Virus record (IMG/VR): IMGVR_UViG_3300017650_000009
Source of the DNA: a virus
Taxonomy: Duplodnaviria > Heunggongvirae > Uroviricota > Caudoviricetes
DNA: 64,000 nucleotides
Direction: 5' to 3' (one strand)
Numbering within the stretch: the first letter of the stretch is position 1; every line of letters starts with the position of its first letter. Of the stretch, positions 1-8,615 are shown piece after piece. Below the pieces are notes generated by a model. That model saw nothing but the letters and a program-made list of their open reading frames with translations. It was not told the origin of the DNA and ran no database searches. The translations under genes and the position numbers were made by a program.

Positions 1-36
1 CTACTAAGTAGGATACGAACATAAATAGATTGCATT

Positions 37-122
37 GGATAGTTAACTCGGTGGGACCGGGCACCCGTTGGAAGCGGGTTGGTGGCTTAAACCATGGGGA
101 TCGAGACCTCAGCTATCCGCCA
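37..122 (+). tRNA. tRNA-Ser(GGA)
   Basis: Acceptor GGATAGT/GCTATCC, anticodon arm ACCCG-TTGGAAG-CGGGT, long variable arm, encoded CCA; CATAAATA late-promoter-like box at 20-27. Confidence 0.9.
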
Positions 123-124
123 AC

Positions 125-148
125 AAAGCGCCCTTAGTGGCGCTTTTT
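125..148 (+). terminator. Rho-independent terminator
   Basis: AAAGCGCC-cttagt-GGCGCTTTTT; same sequence follows tRNA-Met at ~13161. Confidence 0.8.
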
Positions 149-162
149 CCATAGGGATCAAC

Positions 163-420
163 ATGTCGGAACTATTCGAGTACAAACAGATACATGCGGC
201 ATTTGAGTTCCCGCATGTAATGCTATTGCGTTTGGAACGAGGCTTCGGTTCCGGGTATGAAGAGTATATTGGCAATCGAAATAAGCTAGTTGAATACCTC
301 AAAGACCAATATGATCCGGATCAATACTTGGTTGACTTTTATCCTAACACTTTGTATTACCATGTTGGTTTTCGAACCAAACACGATGCAATGCAACTGA
401 AGTTAGGATTCGCCGTTTAA
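163..420 (+). CDS. small 'FKL-motif' paralogue family protein
   Basis: Start moved to ATG163 (upstream part overlaps tRNA); C-terminal VGFRTKHDAMQLKL. Confidence 0.75.
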   Translation: MSELFEYKQIHAAFEFPHVMLLRLERGFGSGYEEYIGNRNKLVEYLKDQYDPDQYLVDFYPNTLYYHVGFRTKHDAMQLKLGFAV

Positions 421-710
421 TGTCGTGCCAGTTCACATATGAGGAACATAAAGGATTGGAATATCCGCATATTTTGGTGATTCAGCGTGTTAAACCTGAA
501 ATCTCCGATAAGACATTATATACCGTTGATACATCCTATCAAAATCTGCATCTAACAATTCGTAGCATCTGTAAGTGGTCATTCCGCACATACGGGTTCA
601 ACTCATATCGGATAAATCAATTAGATTTGACGAGCGGTGCATTTAACATTGGCTTCCGAACAAAATCAGAAGCTATTGGTGCACGGTTAGGGGTGGAAAC
701 ACATGGATAA
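420..710 (+). CDS. FKL-motif family protein
   Basis: TAATG coupling; IGFRTKSEAIGARL. Confidence 0.75.
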   Translation: MSCQFTYEEHKGLEYPHILVIQRVKPEISDKTLYTVDTSYQNLHLTIRSICKWSFRTYGFNSYRINQLDLTSGAFNIGFRTKSEAIGARLGVETHG

Positions 711-999
711 TATCGACGCCTCAAGATTGGAGTATTCATATGCGTTCCTTGATTATTTCAAACACATATTGACGTTACGTCCGGATTTCGGCTCCGATGA
801 TCATCTAAACAACATGGATGACATCCGTGCTGTTATTGATCACAATACAATATTGTTCGAGCAATGGACAGCAAAAGTCAGAGAACAATTCCCTGAGAAT
901 CGGTTTAAAATTAATTGCCAAGGCACGGGTGTTCTATGGCATGTTGGGTTCCATTCAGAGAAGGAAGCAATACTAGCGAAATTGCTTTTTGATGCATAA
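703..999 (+). CDS. FKL-motif family protein
   Basis: VGFHSEKEAILAKLLF. Confidence 0.75.
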   Translation: MDNIDASRLEYSYAFLDYFKHILTLRPDFGSDDHLNNMDDIRAVIDHNTILFEQWTAKVREQFPENRFKINCQGTGVLWHVGFHSEKEAILAKLLFDA

Positions 1000-1304
1000 T
1001 GGATATAACCTTTCGTTATCGCGAAGACCAAAGTATGAGTTATCCGTTTCATTTACAAACGGAACTCAATGGTGTCATTTATGATGAATTGGATCGAAGT
1101 GAAACTTGGTATCCACCCAAAATTGCACCATTATATTTGAAACTTGATCGATACTACCGTATTGTGGCAAGAGACTTAGGAATAATGACTTGTTATTTTT
1201 CTGGTGGTTACAATGCTCTTGGCTTCTTGTCAAAAAACGATGCCATAATGTTTAAGATGAAATTCAATCAGGAAGAAGCTAAACAATGGCTGCTAGATCA
1301 ATAA
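999..1304 (+). CDS. FKL-motif family protein
   Basis: TAATG coupling; LGFLSKNDAIMFKMKF. Confidence 0.75.
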   Translation: MDITFRYREDQSMSYPFHLQTELNGVIYDELDRSETWYPPKIAPLYLKLDRYYRIVARDLGIMTCYFSGGYNALGFLSKNDAIMFKMKFNQEEAKQWLLDQ

Positions 1305-1615
1305 AACTCCAATATGAATTTCTTGGTTTGTATCCGCATGGACAACATTTGATTGCATTGGTTTTTGATCCACCAGTACAATATATTAATCCGGGTGCAC
1401 ATCTTGACGGCAAGCTTGCTGAAATATTAAGAGTGACAAAATACTTTGAAGGTTCCACACTTCGTAAAAAGAATCTAAATTTCGTTGATTTCCTGATTGA
1501 TAATGGGTTCAAAGGATTTCAAGAATATGATGATACGGAATATGTTGGCGTTCGGTTCGAATCTAAAGAACAAGCGATGATGGCCAAACTTCTTTGGGAA
1601 CCCAATTCAGGTTGA
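1286..1615 (+). CDS. FKL-motif family protein
   Basis: VRFESKEQAMMAKLLW. Confidence 0.75.
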   Translation: MAARSIKLQYEFLGLYPHGQHLIALVFDPPVQYINPGAHLDGKLAEILRVTKYFEGSTLRKKNLNFVDFLIDNGFKGFQEYDDTEYVGVRFESKEQAMMAKLLWEPNSG

Positions 1616-1660
1616 CACGCATCATTCCTATGTTATATTGGAACTAACAAAGGAGATCGA
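1612..1660 (+). promoter_or_regulatory. sigma70-like promoter plus AGGAGATCGA RBS cassette
   Basis: TTGACA at 1612, TATATT at 1634, AGGAGATCGA at 1651; cassette repeated at about 10 sites. Confidence 0.7.
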
Positions 1661-1663
1661 AAT

Positions 1664-2245
1664 ATGTCAAAGACACTAGAGCAGCTCGAAGCAGAACTAG
1701 AAGTTATCGATGAAGCAATCAAAACACTAGATGCCAAGATTGCTCCACTTGAGAAGCTTCGCAACTCTCGATACCTTGCTAAGGAACGAATCAAAAACAG
1801 CATTCGTGAACTTCGCAAGACAGATCTCCAAGCAATGCTGGTTGACCCAAATGCATTTATGGAACTCAGTGCGTTGTTGCCGAAGAATCTCAGGACTTTC
1901 GGTTACCAGGCCATTGATGGCGACTATTCCAATCCTGAACAGATCATTGAGGTCAAGCTCGAATATAAGGAAGCCGTAAGTGATGAGCTGATCGAGTTCA
2001 TCGAAAAGCGTTGGCGTCCAATCACTAAGATTAAGTCTCTTGGTGTTCTTCGATACGATCTGAAGGAAGATCACGATTATGTGATATACGAGGATGCGGG
2101 CGAATGGAAAATTCACGATGCACGTTATGATCGCCGTCGTACTCGTCCGGCCGATTTCAAAGGCACACTTCGTGAGGTGCTTGAGTATGTTGCTGAGTTC
2201 CACCACAGCAATTGTCTGGAAGATGAATACGACTCAGAATATTAA
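1664..2245 (+). CDS. hypothetical protein, N-terminal coiled coil
   Basis: 193-aa ORF with strong RBS. Confidence 0.8.
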   Translation: MSKTLEQLEAELEVIDEAIKTLDAKIAPLEKLRNSRYLAKERIKNSIRELRKTDLQAMLVDPNAFMELSALLPKNLRTFGYQAIDGDYSNPEQIIEVKLEYKEAVSDELIEFIEKRWRPITKIKSLGVLRYDLKEDHDYVIYEDAGEWKIHDARYDRRRTRPADFKGTLREVLEYVAEFHHSNCLEDEYDSEY

Positions 2246-2323
2246 TAGGAAGTCTTTTCTTCCTATGTGGTTGACATCTCCTTTTGTTATGCTATTGTAG
2301 TTTTAGCAAAAGGAGATCGAATC

Positions 2324-2539
2324 ATGCGTGTACGTACAATTCTCAAAGCAATCGGCAATCCAAAGTTGGATATCGCTACAAGCCCAGGTTATTGGTACTT
2401 CATTTACGATGATCTCGATCGCAACATTTACCGCACTGAATCCGTTATGGTTCCACGTCTCAGCGATCTGAGCCTTGAGGAATGGGTACGCTGCGGCAAG
2501 GCTTTCATCGAGCAAGTGGAGTACGAACATGCAAGTTAA
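2324..2539 (+). CDS. hypothetical protein
   Basis: AGGAGATCGA RBS at 2311 sets start at ATG2324. Confidence 0.75.
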   Translation: MRVRTILKAIGNPKLDIATSPGYWYFIYDDLDRNIYRTESVMVPRLSDLSLEEWVRCGKAFIEQVEYEHAS

Positions 2540-2828
2540 TCAAACAGCTCGTGAATGGATTAGCTCGTTATGCTCACATGGCACGTCCGAGTTCGATGAT
2601 CAGATCCGCACATATGGGGATCTTAAGATCGTAAAGCATTACGATGGTACAACTCATGGTTTTCCTCAATTACCAAAGCGTTACTGTAACGTATATAGTT
2701 GGGTTCTGCTTGAGGATGGCACATCAGTGGGCTGGAACGAATCGCCACGGAATGGCTGGTCTTTCCCTCGTACGGGCAAAAGCATAACCAAACAATATTT
2801 GGATTTCTTTCAAGAGCGTGGCATCTAA
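2529..2828 (+). CDS. hypothetical protein
   Basis: ORF overlapping previous stop. Confidence 0.7.
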   Translation: MQVNQTAREWISSLCSHGTSEFDDQIRTYGDLKIVKHYDGTTHGFPQLPKRYCNVYSWVLLEDGTSVGWNESPRNGWSFPRTGKSITKQYLDFFQERGI

Positions 2829-2892
2829 TATTGCGCAATGTGAGTCCAATGCGTATTATGGGCAACTAATGTTGCCCATTTTTGTGAGTATT

Positions 2893-3276
2893 ATGATTTT
2901 ATATGATTCAGATTATGAATATCTTCGAGCTCCTGAACCGGGTAGCCAAACGTATCGCGTATCCGTCATTCAACTAGCTCCACTCAAAGATAGTCCAAGC
3001 CAAGCACATTCAATACAGGAATATCATGAGGAAATAATCTCATGGGTTAAATCCGAGACATCCGTTTGTGTTACTAATATTTTGAGGAATCAATCATTTT
3101 CGGGCGCTGTTAGTGGTCCTGTTGGATACACTTATGGACCAAGTTATGTTATGATGTTTGAGAATCACCAGACTGCGGTTCTGTTCAAATTAATGTTTGG
3201 TGGAAGATTTCTAACTCATGCAACCATTCATTTACGGCAAACATATTATCTTGACAAATATTTGGGCACTCACTAA
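2893..3276 (+). CDS. FKL-motif family protein
   Basis: MMFENHQTAVLFKLMF; start uncertain. Confidence 0.65.
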   Translation: MILYDSDYEYLRAPEPGSQTYRVSVIQLAPLKDSPSQAHSIQEYHEEIISWVKSETSVCVTNILRNQSFSGAVSGPVGYTYGPSYVMMFENHQTAVLFKLMFGGRFLTHATIHLRQTYYLDKYLGTH

Positions 3277-3285
3277 AACGCATTT

Positions 3286-3395
3286 AGCTCTTCTGGAGTA
3301 TGCGAACTTTCCTCAGGGATTGGCTCCTTTAGGGTCCGTAGGCTAGACTTACGGTGGCGGTAGGGTGAAGGGGAAGAGTCAGACTCTTCCCCTTA
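3286..3395 (+). ncRNA. candidate small RNA or attenuator leader
   Basis: TTGACA(3251)-17-TAAAAC(3274) promoter, GC-rich non-coding tract with CCGTAGG/CTTACGG hairpin, ends in GGGGAAGAGT/ACTCTTCCCC hairpin. Confidence 0.4.
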
Positions 3396-3421
3396 TGTAA
3401 GATATGAGGACTGGTGAAAGT

Positions 3422-3727
3422 ATGATAGCCAATTATGTCTTTCTGTTCAAGCAGTTCAAATGGGATGATCCCGAACGATCAGAATGGTTACGGATACTTT
3501 CATCTAAAACTCATGATCTGACGTATTGGTATGATTTGGCCTATAAGTATTTCACAATGGATCTTCATACGTCATTATCTTTAGAGATAGCTGCAATTTG
3601 TATCAATGATGCAAATATTGCGACGGTCCTAAGATTGCGGTTTCCCGATCGTATTTTATGTTCTTGGAACAAAAATGAAAATGAGAATCAAATAGTAGAA
3701 TATGATTATTCGCATTTAATTAGTTGA
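3422..3727 (+). CDS. divergent FKL-motif family protein
   Basis: CINDANIATVLRLRF. Confidence 0.6.
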   Translation: MIANYVFLFKQFKWDDPERSEWLRILSSKTHDLTYWYDLAYKYFTMDLHTSLSLEIAAICINDANIATVLRLRFPDRILCSWNKNENENQIVEYDYSHLIS

Positions 3728-3775
3728 CACTAAATATGTTCGGTACTATATTGGACAAATAGCAGAAATGCATAT

Positions 3776-3848
3776 GGCGGCAGTGACGTAGATGGATGCG
3801 TGCGGGCCTGTGAAGCTCAGAAGGTGGGATCGTTACCCATTTGTCGCC
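3776..3848 (+). tRNA. tRNA-His(GTG) with G-1 and C73
   Basis: G-1 then GCGGCAG/TTGTCGC acceptor, C73, anticodon loop CTGTGAA, T arm GTGGG-ATCGTTA-CCCAT; no encoded CCA; TTGACA promoter at 3724. Confidence 0.85.
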
Positions 3849-3922
3849 CTCAGAAACCAACAAATAAGTAATTGTTTGGTCCCTCCCGGTTCAGGCCGGG
3901 ATTTTTATTCAAGAGAATCCTG

Positions 3923-4189
3923 ATGAGTAAGCTAAAAGGCATTCACGGTAAATTTTTCGATATTGAAACGGAAGTATACCAATTTGATAATCCAATGGAT
4001 TTGGATTTTGTAAAGGATGCCCTTTACGTTAGTCTCACAAACTTGCAGACGGGATCAAAGTTTAACGCTTTTATCTCAAGAGACTGGGTTAAGGACCCCA
4101 ATGCTCTCAACTACAAGCCAATGCGTGAGGCCTTAAAGCCCACAAAACAAAGTGAGGGTCGATTATATGCCGGCACAAGTAGCAAATGA
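3923..4189 (+). CDS. hypothetical protein
   Basis: ORF; start at ATG3923. Confidence 0.65.
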   Translation: MSKLKGIHGKFFDIETEVYQFDNPMDLDFVKDALYVSLTNLQTGSKFNAFISRDWVKDPNALNYKPMREALKPTKQSEGRLYAGTSSK

Positions 4190-4367
4190 AACCGCTGCTC
4201 TAGAGCTTGCAAAAATGATTCGAGCTTATGAGGATTCTAATCCCGATGTAGGCTTCGGCGTTACTTGGGGAATATGTTTAGACCAAGCACTTGTAAGCCT
4301 TGGTCTAGTAAAGACTGACTTAGATTATGATGTTGTCCTTGGAGAACTGAATAGCTTACGTTGGTAA
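4167..4367 (+). CDS. hypothetical protein
   Basis: GAGGG RBS before ATG4167. Confidence 0.6.
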   Translation: MPAQVANETAALELAKMIRAYEDSNPDVGFGVTWGICLDQALVSLGLVKTDLDYDVVLGELNSLRW

Positions 4368-4396
4368 TAGAGCAACCGCAAACAAAGGAGGCAATT

Positions 4397-5015
4397 ATGC
4401 TACGCGGAACTCGTGTACTTACTGGTGCAGACGCAATCGCTTATACTAGTGCAATTAATACGCTCCGAGGTTGTCTTCATCGAAGCTGATTACGAAGAGG
4501 TAATCCTTCCTGCACTTTGGGAACAGCAGACATTCGTCGATAAAGCTGGGCCAGAAATCATCAATCAAATGTGGGCATTTAGGGATAAAGGCGACCGTGA
4601 GGTTTGTTTGATTCCCGAGGTAACCGGCCTTGTTCAGGAGTTGTGGCGTGACGATTGGTCCAAAAAGGCTAAGTCTCGTCGTATATTCTACGTAAGCCGT
4701 TGTTATCGCTATGAGCGCCCCCAAGCAGGACGATATAGAGAGTTTACTCAATTCGGTGTTGAACTTCTCGGAGAAGCCGAAAATGGCTGGCAGGAAGTAG
4801 TAGATCTTCTTGAGTTGTGTTTGAGTAAATTTCCAGGACTTGACTATAAGCGTTCGGACAGTGTAAAACGTGGTCTCACATATTACACAGAAGAAGGCTT
4901 CGAAGTTGAATGTCCATGCTTGGGTGCACAGAAACAAATAGCTGGTGGCGGAAGATACTCCGAAGGAATTGGTTGGGCGATTGGCGTAGATCGTCTCATA
5001 CTAGCCCGAAATTAA
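4397..5015 (+). CDS. hisS: minimal histidyl-tRNA synthetase (catalytic domain only); needs a +1 frameshift at ~4475-4480
   Basis: AAGGAGG RBS plus MLRGTR start in one frame (stop 4487-4489); +1 frame has YEEVILP, motif 2 YRYERPQAGRYREFTQFGVE, RGLTYYT, GGGRY and motif 3 GIGWAIGVDRL; no anticodon-binding domain. Confidence 0.85.
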
Positions 5016-5446
5016 CCCAAGCATTTATCACATATGAGGAGGAGAAGCGTGATGAACTTCTCCTCCAGACTCTTGAGTTCAACGGTTGGCACGTCTATAT
5101 TATGGTCCCATATAATAGCATTCCAACGTGTCGGGAAGTTTTTGACTCCAAGCAAAGTTTAGTATCAACGTTTGGTTTTGTTCCCACATTTGATGATTTT
5201 ATTTCCATGACCAGACATAAAATTGAACTTTCAAATAGTTTGCATCGATATAGGTTTCCCGATCAGTTTTATTACTTTGGTATCAAAAACTCAGATGGTG
5301 AGATTCTTGATATGACATGGGATAACTTTTTGATCGGGATTAAACTGGCCGACTATTGGGATGACCCCGAGGTAAAACCTTGGATTGATTTCGGTAGAGC
5401 TCGTGGTCAAAATTTCAGTATTGGGCACAATGAGGTATTTGGTTGA
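4910..5446 (+). CDS. hypothetical protein (start uncertain)
   Basis: ORF overlaps hisS 3' end; no clear start near 5015. Confidence 0.45.
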   Translation: MSMLGCTETNSWWRKILRRNWLGDWRRSSHTSPKLTQAFITYEEEKRDELLLQTLEFNGWHVYIMVPYNSIPTCREVFDSKQSLVSTFGFVPTFDDFISMTRHKIELSNSLHRYRFPDQFYYFGIKNSDGEILDMTWDNFLIGIKLADYWDDPEVKPWIDFGRARGQNFSIGHNEVFG

Positions 5447-5493
5447 CACTCTTCCTGTTTATGCTAGAACAGTATGAACAAGGGAGATCGAAA

Positions 5494-5799
5494 ATGGATT
5501 ACACAATTGAAGTAGATGCTGTTTTTGCAGCGGATGAACGCTTCCCCAATGAAAGCGATTTGATTGCTCGTTTGGTTCTTTTCGGCTCCGATGGTTCCGG
5601 ACATAAACAAGTCGAAGATGTTATCGAATTTGATGTTCGGTACGCTGGGCGTTTTGTGACGAGTTTCATTTGCTTGTGTGAGCATTCACACGGTATTGTT
5701 ACACTTGACACCAAGGGTTATGATACTGGTCGTGCACGATCCGACCATTCAAAGATCATTAAAATCATCAACCAAAAGGTTGCAGAAAGGACCAAATAA
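5494..5799 (+). CDS. hypothetical protein
   Basis: GGGAGATCGA RBS, TTGACA promoter at 5443. Confidence 0.75.
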   Translation: MDYTIEVDAVFAADERFPNESDLIARLVLFGSDGSGHKQVEDVIEFDVRYAGRFVTSFICLCEHSHGIVTLDTKGYDTGRARSDHSKIIKIINQKVAERTK

Positions 5800-5951
5800 T
5801 GCCTTGGATTTCCTACACTCGTACCGGACATAATTCTGGACACCTTAGCTTTCATTGGTTGATGCCTGATGTTCCAGGTTCGGAGTTTGGTCAAGCTGTT
5901 GTTATTGCTGGCTATTTCCATGTCCTCGAAGCTCTTTGGAGCATTGTCTGA
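5799..5951 (+). CDS. small hypothetical protein (50 aa)
   Basis: MPWISYTR...WSIV; TAATG and TGATG coupled to its neighbours. Confidence 0.45.
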   Translation: MPWISYTRTGHNSGHLSFHWLMPDVPGSEFGQAVVIAGYFHVLEALWSIV

Positions 5952-6304
5952 TGTATGTGGGCCACGGAACCAGTCGGCCGGCGCGAGCCAGCAATATTAC
6001 GTGGTCCACCACAAGTACCAGCTTGTGCGTCGTAAATTGTTTCTCCGTCTTTGTGAATGATTACCCACAAGGCCATTATATGGCAATAAATTGGCCAAAT
6101 AAAAACGTTCCAACTGAAATAGTGCGAGCTCGAATATCCACGCATATATGCGAAATAGTTGGAAAACGATATGGAGAGGATGTACCATTATTCCCTTCGT
6201 CAAGTCCATATGCATTGCAATATTTCGCCTATGACAAAACTATAATTGAATTTATTAATGAATCATTGATAAAATTTCTAGTAATATTGCGCTTGGAAAT
6301 CTAA
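5951..6304 (+). CDS. hypothetical protein
   Basis: TGATG-coupled ORF. Confidence 0.55.
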   Translation: MYVGHGTSRPARASNITWSTTSTSLCVVNCFSVFVNDYPQGHYMAINWPNKNVPTEIVRARISTHICEIVGKRYGEDVPLFPSSSPYALQYFAYDKTIIEFINESLIKFLVILRLEI

Positions 6305-6564
6305 TGCTCAACTATACCGCAACTGCTAGGTATGACTTTGACCCAGATACACAATTCCCCCATTCCGTCTCGTTCCACTTGAAGATTGAAGCCAAAGACC
6401 TATATATGCCATCGGTTCGTGACCGTTATTTGCAGGCGTTTCGTGAAACACTGAGATCGAATAAGTTGGTGTTTACGGATTGGCGTTCAGCTTATGATAT
6501 ATTTGTGTTTGCTTTTCACACAAAGTCGGACGCCACAATGGCAAAACTTTTAATAGCTCGTTAA
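6304..6564 (+). CDS. FKL-motif family protein
   Basis: FAFHTKSDATMAKLL. Confidence 0.75.
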   Translation: MLNYTATARYDFDPDTQFPHSVSFHLKIEAKDLYMPSVRDRYLQAFRETLRSNKLVFTDWRSAYDIFVFAFHTKSDATMAKLLIAR

Positions 6565-6618
6565 TATTGATTTATGGTTCCATACCAGTTATATCGGGTG
6601 GAACCAAAGGGAAACAAT

Positions 6619-7227
6619 ATGACGACTAAAATATCACTTGATAATGCCACCGACGACGTAAGGTACAAACTCGCATGTTTGATCAAAAATGGCGAAATGC
6701 CTTGGATTGAGATTATCTCCGGCAATCGAGCCGGTGCTATTGGTCAGGCAAAACCAACTAAGAATTGCAATTTCGATCCAAGCAAGCCTTGGGATGACCC
6801 GCAAAGCCGATATTATAACCGAAACGTTATGTGGTTTGCTGATATTTGGTTTGATAAGAAACGTAAAGCTAGTAGACAGTATTTGCGCGGGCGGCATTCA
6901 GTTTGGCTTCCCGATTATACGGGTCCAGCCGTGTATGTGCCTCCGACACAACCAAAGCCTAAAGTCGTAGCGTGTGATCGCATGGGCAATGAAATTAAGG
7001 TTGGTGATTTTGGTTCATGTGTGCTATCGCATCACATCTATAATGGTCCGGCCATTTACTTCGTGAAGGTCATATCGGTCAGTGATACTGGCGTGGTTAT
7101 CGTACGTAGTATTCCGTTGAAATCTGATGAAGAAAGTAGGGATCAGAAACTCAACCATGATATGGATTTTGTCCGCATCGATGATAAACTCATGAAGGAT
7201 CTAATGCTTCGTAAACTCAGCATTTGA
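6619..7227 (+). CDS. hypothetical protein, possible C-terminal SH3/KOW-like barrel; paralogue of 35871-36527
   Basis: DRMGNEIKVGD...DLMLRKLS. Confidence 0.7.
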   Translation: MTTKISLDNATDDVRYKLACLIKNGEMPWIEIISGNRAGAIGQAKPTKNCNFDPSKPWDDPQSRYYNRNVMWFADIWFDKKRKASRQYLRGRHSVWLPDYTGPAVYVPPTQPKPKVVACDRMGNEIKVGDFGSCVLSHHIYNGPAIYFVKVISVSDTGVVIVRSIPLKSDEESRDQKLNHDMDFVRIDDKLMKDLMLRKLSI

Positions 7228-7236
7228 GATTTTGAT

Positions 7237-7488
7237 ATGAGTACCGAAAATATTAAATTCACATTTGTTGAACACGACGAAACAATAGAGTTTCGTTATT
7301 GCGTTGAACTAGCGCATCCTGATATTTTCAACAACAATGATGCTACCATAACAAAAATTATTGATTCCTGGAAACAACATGCTGTTATATCGGATGAAAA
7401 TATGATTCGGCATACGTTTTCATTTTTGACTTTATTATGGTTCAAACATAAACACGATACTGTATCATTCAGACTATTGTTTGAATGA
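7237..7488 (+). CDS. FKL-motif family protein
   Basis: LWFKHKHDTVSFRLLF. Confidence 0.7.
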   Translation: MSTENIKFTFVEHDETIEFRYCVELAHPDIFNNNDATITKIIDSWKQHAVISDENMIRHTFSFLTLLWFKHKHDTVSFRLLFE

Positions 7489-7786
7489 TATACGACATGA
7501 ATTTACTTCGGAGAGCACAATGACAATCAAACGTCCAACAAACGTTATCTCTTGCGGATCATTGAATTTTGCAGACGGTGATACACTTGAAGTTGGATTG
7601 ATTTCCGAAACGCTCGATAACACATATGCGTTTTTGGCAATATGGCATCCCGCAAAACCGTCGACACCTGATGAAAGGCTCGCTACTAGTGTTTTCCATC
7701 GTTACGATACACTTCCTCATGCACTAGAAGACTTTAACAGCACGATGGAATATTATGGTGAATTATTGCTAGAAGATGAAAAATAG
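7481..7786 (+). CDS. hypothetical protein
   Basis: ORF. Confidence 0.65.
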   Translation: MNDIRHEFTSESTMTIKRPTNVISCGSLNFADGDTLEVGLISETLDNTYAFLAIWHPAKPSTPDERLATSVFHRYDTLPHALEDFNSTMEYYGELLLEDEK

Positions 7787-7843
7787 GTTGATTGTTATTC
7801 CTATTCTGCTATGTTGAGAACAACAAAGCAAACGGAGTTACAG

Positions 7844-8551
7844 ATGACCTACATTCCAACACGCAACGAAGTAAAACAACATGTCGATTCGCTTATTTCG
7901 GAACTCGTCAAATTTGCTAAAACCGAGTTCGATGTAGAAGTTTCATCACTTTCTCCAGTAATTCGTTTCCGTGATACTCAGATTATTGGTCGTGCGGGTG
8001 TTGACCAATATAGCCGCCCACAAATGAATTTGAATTTGTATCGACTGGTCACTTACCCCGTCGTGCTATACTCGGAATATAAAAGCCTCGCCGGAATCCC
8101 GTCGATCGGGTCGTTCCGCACGACCAACTGGAAAGAATGGCTTGACGCTCTAGTGTTGCATGAGTTTGCACATGTTGTTCAGTTTAGCCTGAAACGCCAG
8201 CGTACTAGCTTGCGCATCAAGGGAGATACATTCGAACGTCTAGGTGAGTTTGAAAACGGTCATGGCGTGTTTTTCCAACGGATCTATTCGATCTTGCGTC
8301 GACGTTATCTGAATGATCGTATCAAACACGAAGCGATCGTTGGGCAAGCTTTTGACGCACCTGCTATCCAACGTAAGGAACGTCCAAAGATCGTAGCAGA
8401 TAACCCCTATTTGGGCCGTGTAGCTATGATCCATGGTCAGCGGTTTACTGTTGTGGAAATTCATCCGCGCAATCACAAATATCCACTCATCGTGTCTAAT
8501 GGAAAGACCCGTTATAAGATCTCGATCAATCATCTAACTGAAGCAGCTTAA
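7844..8551 (+). CDS. SprT-like zinc metalloprotease domain protein
   Basis: LHEFAH zincin motif and downstream HGVFFQ. Confidence 0.65.
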   Translation: MTYIPTRNEVKQHVDSLISELVKFAKTEFDVEVSSLSPVIRFRDTQIIGRAGVDQYSRPQMNLNLYRLVTYPVVLYSEYKSLAGIPSIGSFRTTNWKEWLDALVLHEFAHVVQFSLKRQRTSLRIKGDTFERLGEFENGHGVFFQRIYSILRRRYLNDRIKHEAIVGQAFDAPAIQRKERPKIVADNPYLGRVAMIHGQRFTVVEIHPRNHKYPLIVSNGKTRYKISINHLTEAA

Positions 8552-8615
8552 TTATTGACATACTGGCATTTGCACCATATAGTTGGTGCAAATGTTAATC
8601 CCACTGAGGCACAAT

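Noticed and set aside
94-162. N-terminal extension of ORF 94..420
   Set aside because: Overlaps tRNA-Ser and its terminator; ATG163 is the plausible start
4413-4475. GTG4413 start for HisRS given by the ORF track
   Set aside because: No RBS at a suitable spacing and the N-terminus is not HisRS-like; the RBS and RGTR motif belong to ATG4397 in another frame
4910-5446. Downstream ORF as a frameshift-fused anticodon-binding domain of HisRS
   Set aside because: No resemblance to the class IIa anticodon-binding domain and no evident slippery site
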